From an uncultured Oscillospiraceae bacterium (GTDB lineage Bacteria > Bacillota > Clostridia > Oscillospirales > Ruminococcaceae): DNA of 64,000 nucleotides. The stretch spans positions 1,815-65,814 of the forward strand of contig CAYJEW010000002.1 in assembly GCA_964369525.1 (NCBI GenBank). The letters are read 5' to 3'. The notes under the pieces are model-generated. The model made no database searches, was not told where the DNA came from, and was given only the letters and a program-made list of their open reading frames with translations. The translations under genes and the position numbers were made by a program. Of this stretch, positions 56,996 through 64,000 are shown one piece after another. Positions within the stretch are counted from its first letter, which is position 1. Each line of letters starts with the position of its first letter.

Positions 56996-57024
56996 AAAAA
57001 ACCCTCGGCATATGCCGAGGGTTT
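56996..57024 (-). terminator. second minus-strand terminator-like hairpin
   Basis: The stem is AAACCCTCGGCA / TGCCGAGGGTTT, followed on the minus strand by TTTTT. Confidence 0.6.
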
Positions 57025-57112
57025 CTGCGAGACGAAAAAGAAAACAGAGGAAGTTATGGTATGTTTAGCTGCGGCAGTAAGCCGCTGCTAACTTGGTGTA
57101 GTTATAATATAA

Positions 57113-57143
57113 CAAAACGTGGCCGCTATGTCAAGCGGCCACG
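57113..57143 (-). terminator. proximal terminator of the DUF342 gene
   Basis: The stem is CGTGGCCGC / GCGGCCACG, followed on the minus strand by TTTTGTT. Confidence 0.65.
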
Positions 57144-57213
57144 ACAAATTTTTATAAAAAAATATAACACAGTGAGGTAAACTACGATAAATAGCGGTAT
57201 TTTTGCTCTGTGG

Positions 57214-58611
57214 CTAGCGCGCAGCGGAGGCGGTGGCCTCCAGCGTTTCGCCTGTGCGGCGAAAACGGGTGCGCTTCATAGGGCTGTTTATCACCATAGT
57301 TCTTGTGTCTATCTCAACGGTTACGCCAGGCAGTGCAACATCCTGCACCACAATGCTGTTTACCGAGGCTTGGTCCACAGTGCGCTTCATGCGGGTGCGC
57401 TCGGCGTCTAGAATGCTAAGCACGCTTAGTGACTGGCCTCGCTTGGATAACATTTCTTTATATGAAGGCTCGTTTTTGCCCTTGTCGGTACGCATGCGGT
57501 TTATGCGCTCGTGGGCGGCTATATTTTGCTGTAGCGCTTGAATGTCTATACCCACGCGGTCGATTTTTTTAACCACGGCGTTGTAGCGGTCTAAAAAGTC
57601 TTGCTCAAGGCCTATAGAGATGAGTGTGCGAGAGCCTTGGGCATCGCCCAGCACGCCTGCCACAACGCCACCTTTGGCATGCAGGGTTGTACCTGCTATG
57701 GTGGCTCTTCCGCCCAAAACGCTAACCCTGCCGCTGGCCTTAACCTCACAGCCGGTAATGTGGTTTGCGCACACGTCGCCGCCGGCGGTTATCTCGGCCG
57801 ATTCAAAGTACCTGCCCCATACATTGCCTTTTGCGGTAATTTTGCTAAAAATACCCTCGTTGCGCAGGCCGCTGCAAAACAGAATGTTATTGCCGGCGGT
57901 AATGTTGGCCGAGGCGGCCTTTCCGACTACAAAAACACTGCCTGTGGCTGAAAGAACGGCGTCGCTAAGAACATCGCCTTCTATAAATACATTACCATCA
58001 AAGTTAACTGCGCCATCGCTAGGAGAAAGCGAGGCCAAGCGCAGCAGCGGCGTTACCACCAGCTGCTCGTTTACAATAGATACATGCGACAGCGCCGGCG
58101 CAAGGTAGCTGCGCCCATCTTCGCTTACGGTAAAGCCGCTGCCGGTAAGGGTTTGGCCCTTGGTGCCGCCGCGCGGGGCAATTTCGCTGCCTGTTACGGT
58201 AATGCCGGGGGCTGCCTGCACCTCGGGCACAATCTCGGCCAGCACCTGCCCCGCCTGCACCTCCTGCAGAAAGCTTAAATCGTCGTAGATAAGCGAGCCG
58301 TCGCCTGTGGCAGAAAGGCCGGTAAATGGTTTTTGTTCAATTTTGAGCACATAGCTACCACCCACAGCGGCAACAGGCGCACGCCCTTGGGCAACCTCTA
58401 GCATCTCGTCGTACAGCTCGCTGTTTATAGCTTTTTGAATTAAAGCGTCGTCGGCACCGTAAACAACCCCGTTTTGGGGCAGCCATTCGCGGATGGATTC
58501 AAGCGTATAGCGCTCGCCATTTGGGCGTGGAAGGGTTATCCAAGCGCGCATTTGGTCGGGGCTGATAACAACTTTGGCGCCCTCGGGGAAAGGCATGGGG
58601 TGGGTGCTCAT
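57214..58611 (-). CDS. DUF342 (FapA-like) domain protein
   Basis: An N-terminal FapA_N-like region is followed by a long run of short beta-helix-like repeats (GNVFIEGDV, ATGSVFVVG, AGNNILF, AKGNVWG, AGGDVCA, ASGRVSV). The C-terminus is coiled-coil. A GGAGAG RBS is present. Confidence 0.7.
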   Translation of the reverse strand: MSTHPMPFPEGAKVVISPDQMRAWITLPRPNGERYTLESIREWLPQNGVVYGADDALIQKAINSELYDEMLEVAQGRAPVAAVGGSYVLKIEQKPFTGLSATGDGSLIYDDLSFLQEVQAGQVLAEIVPEVQAAPGITVTGSEIAPRGGTKGQTLTGSGFTVSEDGRSYLAPALSHVSIVNEQLVVTPLLRLASLSPSDGAVNFDGNVFIEGDVLSDAVLSATGSVFVVGKAASANITAGNNILFCSGLRNEGIFSKITAKGNVWGRYFESAEITAGGDVCANHITGCEVKASGRVSVLGGRATIAGTTLHAKGGVVAGVLGDAQGSRTLISIGLEQDFLDRYNAVVKKIDRVGIDIQALQQNIAAHERINRMRTDKGKNEPSYKEMLSKRGQSLSVLSILDAERTRMKRTVDQASVNSIVVQDVALPGVTVEIDTRTMVINSPMKRTRFRRTGETLEATASAAR

Positions 58612-58750
58612 ACAATCTCTCCATTCTGTAGATATGGCCTTAGATAATTATATCCTAAACTTACACACTTGTACAATATTCGCGGTGATTTTTATGTATT
58701 TACCAATAAAATATACAAAAAACAAAGCATTGCGCAAGGGTTTGGTGCGG

Positions 58751-58791
58751 CTGACTGATTATTGACACGCAGTCAGTCAATGTGTTAGACT
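58751..58791 (+). promoter_or_regulatory. promoter plus nested palindromes (candidate TetR operator)
   Basis: The promoter is TTGACA (58762..58767), an 18-nt spacer, and TAGACT (58786..58791). Two inverted repeats embrace the -35: CTGACTG (58751..58757) with CAGTCAG (58770..58776), and ATTGAC (58761..58766) with GTCAAT (58776..58781). Confidence 0.55.
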
Positions 58792-58828
58792 AAAGGGCAA
58801 ATTAAAAATTTTAGGAGGGTGCGCTTTT

Positions 58829-59476
58829 TTGAGAACTACAAAGCAGCCGCAAGAGCGGCGGGCAGAGCTTATAGCGGCGGCGCGTACCCTTTTTGACAAA
58901 AAAGGTGTAACAAAAACCCGCGTTTCTGATATTGTTAAAGAGGTAGGGGTGGCACAGGGGGTTTTTTACTACTACTTTTCGTCTAAAGATGAAATGGTGC
59001 AGCAGGTTGTGGATATTGTTGGGCTGGAGGTAAGCAGTAAGGCTAACGATATACTGCAAGAGGATATCCCATACGGGCAGAAGATGGCAAAATTTATAGA
59101 GCTGTTTCTTGATTTGCTGGATAAGTTTTTGGGCGATGACGAATCCAGCCTAAACTCGCTACATCTTATAGAGAGCACACAGGGCGAGGGCCAGGGCAAC
59201 ATTACACTGCAGGTTATGCCAAGTTTTATAGATTGTTTTCACAGCCTTGTGTTGCAAGGGGTGGAGCAAAAGGAGATTACTGCCAGCCACCCATGGGACA
59301 GCGCGCAGGTTGTGCTATATGGTTTGCTGGAGTATGGGCGCATATGCCTACCACCACGCCATATGATTTATTCGGTTACCGAACAAAGCCTTGGAATGAG
59401 CAAAGGGTCTTTGGTAAAATATGTGAAGAGAAAAAATACAGAGCGAAAAAGGGAGCATGCAGATGAACGCGTATAG
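58829..59476 (+). CDS. TetR/AcrR-family transcriptional regulator
   Basis: The HTH reads LFDKKGVTKTRVSDIVKEVGVAQGVFYYYFSSKDEM. An AGGAGGG RBS precedes the TTG start. Confidence 0.88.
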   Translation: MRTTKQPQERRAELIAAARTLFDKKGVTKTRVSDIVKEVGVAQGVFYYYFSSKDEMVQQVVDIVGLEVSSKANDILQEDIPYGQKMAKFIELFLDLLDKFLGDDESSLNSLHLIESTQGEGQGNITLQVMPSFIDCFHSLVLQGVEQKEITASHPWDSAQVVLYGLLEYGRICLPPRHMIYSVTEQSLGMSKGSLVKYVKRKNTERKREHADERV

Positions 59477-62129
59477 TGAGCCGCAACAGCAGGTTGTTAC
59501 AGAGCTTCAGGTAGACCCAAAGAAAGGCCTTACCGCCCAGCAGGCAGTACAGCGGCTGGAAGAGTATGGGCCAAACCAGCTGCAAGCAAAAAAGAAAAAG
59601 TCTATGTTTGCGAGGTTTATGGGCCAGTTTGCCGACCCAATGATTATAATACTGCTTATTGCGGCGGTTATAAGCTTTGTGGTGGCGATAAACGGGCACG
59701 ACGCAAAAGAATTTTTTGAGCCTCTGTTGATACTGCTAATTGTGGTGGCAAATGCAATTATGGGTGTGTCGCAGGAGAGCAAGGCCGAAAAAGCGCTGGA
59801 CGCACTGAAAGAGCTAAGCGCACCAAACACACGGCTTATACGCGACGGTGTGGAGATGGTGGTGGCGTCTAGTGAGGTTGTGCCGGGTGATATTGTGCTT
59901 ATTGAAGCGGGCGACTTTGTGCCGGCCGACGGCCGCCTTTTAGAGAGCGCCAGCCTAAAGTGCGAAGAGAGCGCACTTACCGGCGAGAGTGTGCCCAGCG
60001 AAAAAGACGCAGGCGCACAGGTAGAGGCCGACGCCCCGCTGGGCGACAGGCTGAATATGGTGTACTCCGGATGTAGCGTTGCATACGGGCGTGCACGCTA
60101 TGTGGTAACCGCCACAGGCATGCAAACCGAGATGGGCCGCATTGCAGGTATGCTAAACGATGAAGAAGACGGTAAAACACCGCTGCAACAAAAGCTAGGC
60201 AAGCTAAGCCATCTGCTTGGTATAGGCGCAATTGTTGTGTGTGTTGGCATATTTGCGCTTGGCTACTTTGTGCTTGGGCTTGGGCTTTTGGATACATTTA
60301 TGGTGGCGGTATCGCTGGCGGTATCGGCTATACCAGAGGGTATGCCCGCTATTGTTACCATAGTACTGGCCATAGGCGTACAGCGCATGGTAAAGCGTAA
60401 TGCTATTATTCGTCGCCTGCCGGCTGTGGAAACGCTTGGCTCGGCCTCGGTTATATGTAGTGACAAAACAGGCACGCTTACCCAAAACCGCATGACACTT
60501 GTTAAAGCATGGCTTGCCGAAGGCGATGTGCGGGAGGATATTAGCGATAATAACGGCGAAGAGATAAAGCATCTTTTACGGTATGCAACGCTATGTACTG
60601 ACGGCTCTATTATGTTTGAGGGCGATACGGTTAAACATATTGGTGACCCCACCGAAACATCTATTGTTATGGCGGCGCACAACAACGGCATGACAAAAGA
60701 GCAGTTGCAAGAAGAGTATCCGCGCCTTGCCGAGGTGCCGTTTGACTCTGAGCGTAAGCTGATGAGCGTTGTGTGTGAAATAGACGGCAAAAAGGTGGTA
60801 ATAGTTAAAGGCGCGCTGGACTCGCTAGCGCCCCGCTGCACAGGCGGCAACGTAGAACAAGGCCAGCAAGAAAACAACGCAATGAGCGAAAACGCGCTTA
60901 GGGTTTTGGGCGTTGCTTACAAAGAAATAAGCGAGCTGCCAAAAGAGATAAGCAGCGAAAGCCTTGAAAACGGCCTTACCTTCCTTGGGCTTGTTGGAAT
61001 GATAGACCCGCCAAGGCCGGAGGTGCGAGAGGCGGTTAAGGTGTGCCGCACAGCGGGTATTCGCCCGGTTATGATTACCGGCGACCATGTGGTTACCGCA
61101 CGCGCCATTGCGCAAGACCTTGGCATATACCGCGAGGGCGATATGGCCATAACAGGCGCTCAGCTAACGCAGATGAGCGACGACGAGCTGGACGACAAGG
61201 TAGACGACATTACGGTGTACGCGCGCGTGTCGCCGGAGGATAAAATACGCATAGTTAAAGCGTGGCAGGCCCGCAATGAGGTGGTTGCCATGACAGGCGA
61301 CGGCGTAAATGATGCGCCTGCGCTAAAGGCGGCCGATATTGGCTGCGCCATGGGTATTACCGGCACAGACGTTGCCAAAGGCGCCGCCGACATGACCCTT
61401 ACCGACGACAACTTTACCACTATTGTGCATGCCGTTAAAGAGGGTCGCGGCATATATGATAACATCCGCAAGGTGGTAGGCTATCTGCTGGGCACAAATA
61501 TTGGCGAGGTGCTAACCGTGCTGGCGGCTATGCTTATATGGAGCGAGTCTCCGCTGGTATCCATGCAGCTACTATGGATAAACCTTGTTACCGATGGCCT
61601 GCCCGCAATTGCGCTTGGGCGCGAAGCCGTAGAGGCAGACATGATGGAGCGCGCACCAAGGCCGAAAGACGAGGGCATTTTTGCACATGGAATGGGCACA
61701 CAGGTTGTGCTGCAGGGCGTTATGTTTGCAGCGCTAACGCTGGCGGCCTACGCACTGGGCTACCACTGGAACCTTGGCAATCCCATTGCCGACCCATACA
61801 TCCGCGACCATACCGGCCAAACCATGGCATTTGTGGTGTTGTCTATGAGCCAGGTGTTCCACTCGTTCAACATGCGCTCTAAACACAGCCTGTTTAAGAT
61901 TGGACCGTTTAGCAACAAGTACCTTAACCAAGCGGCTATTGTAAGCATTGCGCTAACAGCACTGGTGGTATTTGTGCCACCTATTGCCGAAGCATTTGCG
62001 CTGGTATCGATGGCACCTATGATGTATGTAATTGCAATATGTCTTGCGTTTGTGCCTATACCTGTGCTGGAAATTACAAAAGCAATGGGGCTGGTGCGCC
62101 ACGACGTGCAAGACAAAGCGAAGAAATAA
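59457..62129 (+). CDS. P2-type cation (Ca2+-type) transporting P-type ATPase
   Basis: The motifs TGESVPSEK, CSDKTGTLTQN, IPEGMPA (TM4), MITGDH and GDGVNDAPALK are present. Its start overlaps the TetR 3' end, and the more likely start is the second ATG at 59463. Confidence 0.9.
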   Translation: MQMNAYSEPQQQVVTELQVDPKKGLTAQQAVQRLEEYGPNQLQAKKKKSMFARFMGQFADPMIIILLIAAVISFVVAINGHDAKEFFEPLLILLIVVANAIMGVSQESKAEKALDALKELSAPNTRLIRDGVEMVVASSEVVPGDIVLIEAGDFVPADGRLLESASLKCEESALTGESVPSEKDAGAQVEADAPLGDRLNMVYSGCSVAYGRARYVVTATGMQTEMGRIAGMLNDEEDGKTPLQQKLGKLSHLLGIGAIVVCVGIFALGYFVLGLGLLDTFMVAVSLAVSAIPEGMPAIVTIVLAIGVQRMVKRNAIIRRLPAVETLGSASVICSDKTGTLTQNRMTLVKAWLAEGDVREDISDNNGEEIKHLLRYATLCTDGSIMFEGDTVKHIGDPTETSIVMAAHNNGMTKEQLQEEYPRLAEVPFDSERKLMSVVCEIDGKKVVIVKGALDSLAPRCTGGNVEQGQQENNAMSENALRVLGVAYKEISELPKEISSESLENGLTFLGLVGMIDPPRPEVREAVKVCRTAGIRPVMITGDHVVTARAIAQDLGIYREGDMAITGAQLTQMSDDELDDKVDDITVYARVSPEDKIRIVKAWQARNEVVAMTGDGVNDAPALKAADIGCAMGITGTDVAKGAADMTLTDDNFTTIVHAVKEGRGIYDNIRKVVGYLLGTNIGEVLTVLAAMLIWSESPLVSMQLLWINLVTDGLPAIALGREAVEADMMERAPRPKDEGIFAHGMGTQVVLQGVMFAALTLAAYALGYHWNLGNPIADPYIRDHTGQTMAFVVLSMSQVFHSFNMRSKHSLFKIGPFSNKYLNQAAIVSIALTALVVFVPPIAEAFALVSMAPMMYVIAICLAFVPIPVLEITKAMGLVRHDVQDKAKK

Positions 62130-62157
62130 CAACACAATTAAATTAAGGATGTGCAGT

Positions 62158-62604
62158 ATGGACAATAGTGTTTTGCAACCGCAAAACGGCAGTATGCCGC
62201 CACAGGTGCCCGAAACTGTGGAAGACCAGCTTAAAGACATTAGGCGCCTATTGGCCGAGCAACAACAGGCAGCTGAAAAAGCCGCTAAAAGCCGCAGGCT
62301 ACTAAACATACTGCTGGGCTGTCTTGTAGTGGTTATAGCGCTAAGCGCAGTTGTAACAACCTCTGTTTTGGCGCAGGCTGTGGCCGACGTACCCATGCTG
62401 ATACAGCAAACAACCGCCCTAGTGGAAGAGCTACAGCAGGTGGCGCAGGAGATAGGCAGCGTGAACTTTGATAGCCTGAGCGGTGTGGTACAGGGTATTG
62501 AAGAGGGGCTGGGCGGGCTGAATTTTGAAGAGCTTAGCCAAAGCATTATCGATTTGCAGGCTGTGGTAGAGTCGCTTGCTAACATAACCAGCATATTCCG
62601 ATAG
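62158..62604 (+). CDS. small single-pass membrane protein with helical extracytoplasmic domain (hypothetical)
   Basis: An AAGGA RBS precedes the ATG at 62158. There is one TM helix (LLNILLGCLVVVIALSAVVTTSVL), followed by an acidic helical region. The track ORF start at 62032 lies inside the ATPase gene. Confidence 0.55.
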   Translation: MDNSVLQPQNGSMPPQVPETVEDQLKDIRRLLAEQQQAAEKAAKSRRLLNILLGCLVVVIALSAVVTTSVLAQAVADVPMLIQQTTALVEELQQVAQEIGSVNFDSLSGVVQGIEEGLGGLNFEELSQSIIDLQAVVESLANITSIFR

Positions 62605-62662
62605 CGCAAAGTAGAGCTGTTGGCAAGGCGCTATGCAAAAGCTTTTGCCGCATAATTATGCT

Positions 62663-62698
62663 AAAAAAGGCAGCTCACATGTGTGGGCCGCCTTTTTT
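62663..62698 (+). terminator. terminator-like hairpin after the small membrane-protein gene
   Basis: The stem is AAGGCAGC / GCCGCCTT with one mismatch. It is flanked by A6 and T6. Confidence 0.5.
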
Positions 62699-62801
62699 GC
62701 TAAAAAAACACATTTTTTAAAAAGTACACATGTTTTAACAAGTGTTTGTTATAATAAAAGGCAGAGAAAAAATAAGCGTGGTGAAAATTATAGGCGGCTC
62801 G

Positions 62802-64000
62802 ATGCGAAAAAGCATAATGCGAGAGATACTGGCTACCATGGGGCGGGTGCTTGCCATAATGGCAATCTCCGCCATGGGGGCAGGCTTTTTTGCGGGCCTG
62901 CGCGCAACCGCGCCAAACATGCGCCACACAGCCGACAGCTACTACGCCAGCCAGCACCTGATGGACGTGCGCTTGATATCCAGCCTTGGCTTTACCGAAG
63001 AGGATGTGCAGGCGCTGGCACAGCTGGACATGGTACAGCAGGTGATGCCGGGGTATGGCATGGATGTTTTGGCAGACTACGCCCAGGGTAGCGAGGCAAT
63101 AAGGCTTTTTACGCTACCCGAAGATACAAGCGAAGGTAACGAGGAATATCTTAACCGTCCGGTGCTGATAGAAGGGCGCCTGCCTACAGCGGCAGACGAG
63201 TGTGTGGTAGACGCCTTAACGGCTTACGAGATAGGCGATGTGATAGAAATATCGGGCGACAACGCCGAAGATACGCTGGATATAATTGAAGAGCGCAGCC
63301 TTACGGTGGTGGGGCGGGTAGAGTCGCCAAGCTACATATCGCAGATGCGTGGCAATACAAATATTGGCGACGGGCGAATTTCTTATTATGTGTATACAAC
63401 ACATCAGGCGTTTAACAGCGAGGCATATACCGAGATTTTTTTAACGCTAAAAACAGCGCAGGACTATTCCAGCTTTTCGCAGGAGTATCAGCAGCTTGTG
63501 GATACCGCCGTGGTTGAGCTTGAAACATTTACAGGCGAGCGCGCGCAGATAAGGTACAACGACATTTATGCAGAGGCAAGCGAAGAGCTACAGGATGCGC
63601 AGGACGAGCTTGCCGAGGGCAGGGCAACAGCAGACGAGGAGTTTGCTGAGGCACTGCAAGATATACAGGACGGCGAGGCCGAGCTGGCCGACGGCTGGAG
63701 GCAGTACAACGAGGGCTTGCAAGAGCTGGCAGATGCCGAACAAAGTTTAATTGATGCACAAAATGCCATGCCTGCCGCACTGCAGGAATTGCAGAATGCG
63801 CAGGCGGCCTACGACAGCGGATATGCTGCATGGCAGGTGGGCGCACAGCAGCTGGATGGCTTTAACCAAGCAATAGCGGGCCTACAGGTGATGCAGCAGG
63901 GCATGGGCGCTATGGTTGCGGCGGGTGCGGGCGGCGTGCCGGCCGACACTGCGGCGTTTTGGAACACCGCAGCCACTGCAATGGGTACATTGCAGCAGCT
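62802..64000 (+). CDS. FtsX/MacB-type ABC transporter permease, 3' end outside window (not in supplied ORF track)
   Basis: I read an uninterrupted frame from 62739 to the window end. The translation begins MRKSIMREILATMGRVLAIMAISAMGAGFFAGLRA (FtsX TM1). A large extracytoplasmic domain follows, containing a coiled-coil segment (EELQDAQDELAEGRATADEEF...). The start may instead be GTG 62778 or 62781. Confidence 0.8.
   Translation, partial: MRKSIMREILATMGRVLAIMAISAMGAGFFAGLRATAPNMRHTADSYYASQHLMDVRLISSLGFTEEDVQALAQLDMVQQVMPGYGMDVLADYAQGSEAIRLFTLPEDTSEGNEEYLNRPVLIEGRLPTAADECVVDALTAYEIGDVIEISGDNAEDTLDIIEERSLTVVGRVESPSYISQMRGNTNIGDGRISYYVYTTHQAFNSEAYTEIFLTLKTAQDYSSFSQEYQQLVDTAVVELETFTGERAQIRYNDIYAEASEELQDAQDELAEGRATADEEFAEALQDIQDGEAELADGWRQYNEGLQELADAEQSLIDAQNAMPAALQELQNAQAAYDSGYAAWQVGAQQLDGFNQAIAGLQVMQQGMGAMVAAGAGGVPADTAAFWNTAATAMGTLQQ

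Noticed and set aside
56872-57180. A 102-aa ORF is the only ORF in the LysR/DUF342 intergenic region.
   Set aside because: It has a GTG start with no RBS. It reads straight through three strong hairpins, and its composition is basic, Trp-rich and odd. The region is better treated as non-coding.
62633-63091. The track lists a 152-aa ORF here (MQKLLPHNYAKKGSSHVW...).
   Set aside because: It is out of frame with, and overlapped by, the convincing FtsX-type frame. It also begins by running through the upstream terminator hairpin, and its translation is Arg/Gly/His-rich noise.
1-64000. I searched by eye for CRISPR arrays, tRNA or rRNA genes, IS elements, integrases, prophage genes and toxin-antitoxin pairs.
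   Set aside because: I saw no spaced direct repeats, no cloverleaf-like GC-rich ~75-nt segments in the intergenic gaps, and no transposase, recombinase or phage-like ORFs. Absence by eye is not proof; tRNAscan-SE, Infernal and ISfinder searches would settle it.

Overview
This window looks like a chromosomal, largely housekeeping segment of a mid-GC Firmicute, probably a Clostridia-type anaerobe. That placement is an inference from gene content (Asp23-YloV pair, GreA-LysS pair, DUF3048 lipoproteins), AGGAGG-type ribosome-binding sites, and hairpin plus T-run terminators. I support about 49 protein-coding genes. I found no rRNA, tRNA, CRISPR array, transposase, integrase or recognisable riboswitch.

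Recognisable content:
- Housekeeping: trpS, lysS, greA, ruvX, secA, an EF-G gene outside a str operon, fba, serA, galE, pncB, argH, prs, glucokinase, rlmB, plsC, and two HhH-GPD DNA glycosylases.
- Transport: two asymmetric heterodimeric ABC exporters, a GntR-ABC-permease module, LysR/YeiH, and TetR plus a Ca-type P-type ATPase.
- One gene is missing from the supplied ORF track because it runs off the right edge: an FtsX-type ABC permease starting near 62.8 kb.

I did not find a clear multi-gene novel system such as a defence island. The most unusual single locus is the 1091-aa ORF at 19360..22635. It joins a roughly 540-aa disordered Pro/Glu/Lys-rich N-terminal half to a heavy-metal P-type-ATPase-like membrane core in which every catalytic motif is replaced (DKTGT, TGES, TGD, GDGxND, CPC).

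Other points worth a second look:
- An S11 D,D-carboxypeptidase gene split by a +1 frameshift in an A8 run.
- A cluster of DnaA-box-like TTTCCACA motifs in a 495-bp divergent intergenic region.
- A 32% G+C islet encoding a small anchored protein.
- An orphan DUF342/FapA gene beside a 467-bp gene-free hairpin-rich region.
- An M28 peptidase with a TM hairpin inside its catalytic domain.

All family calls come from motif recognition by eye. No database search was run.
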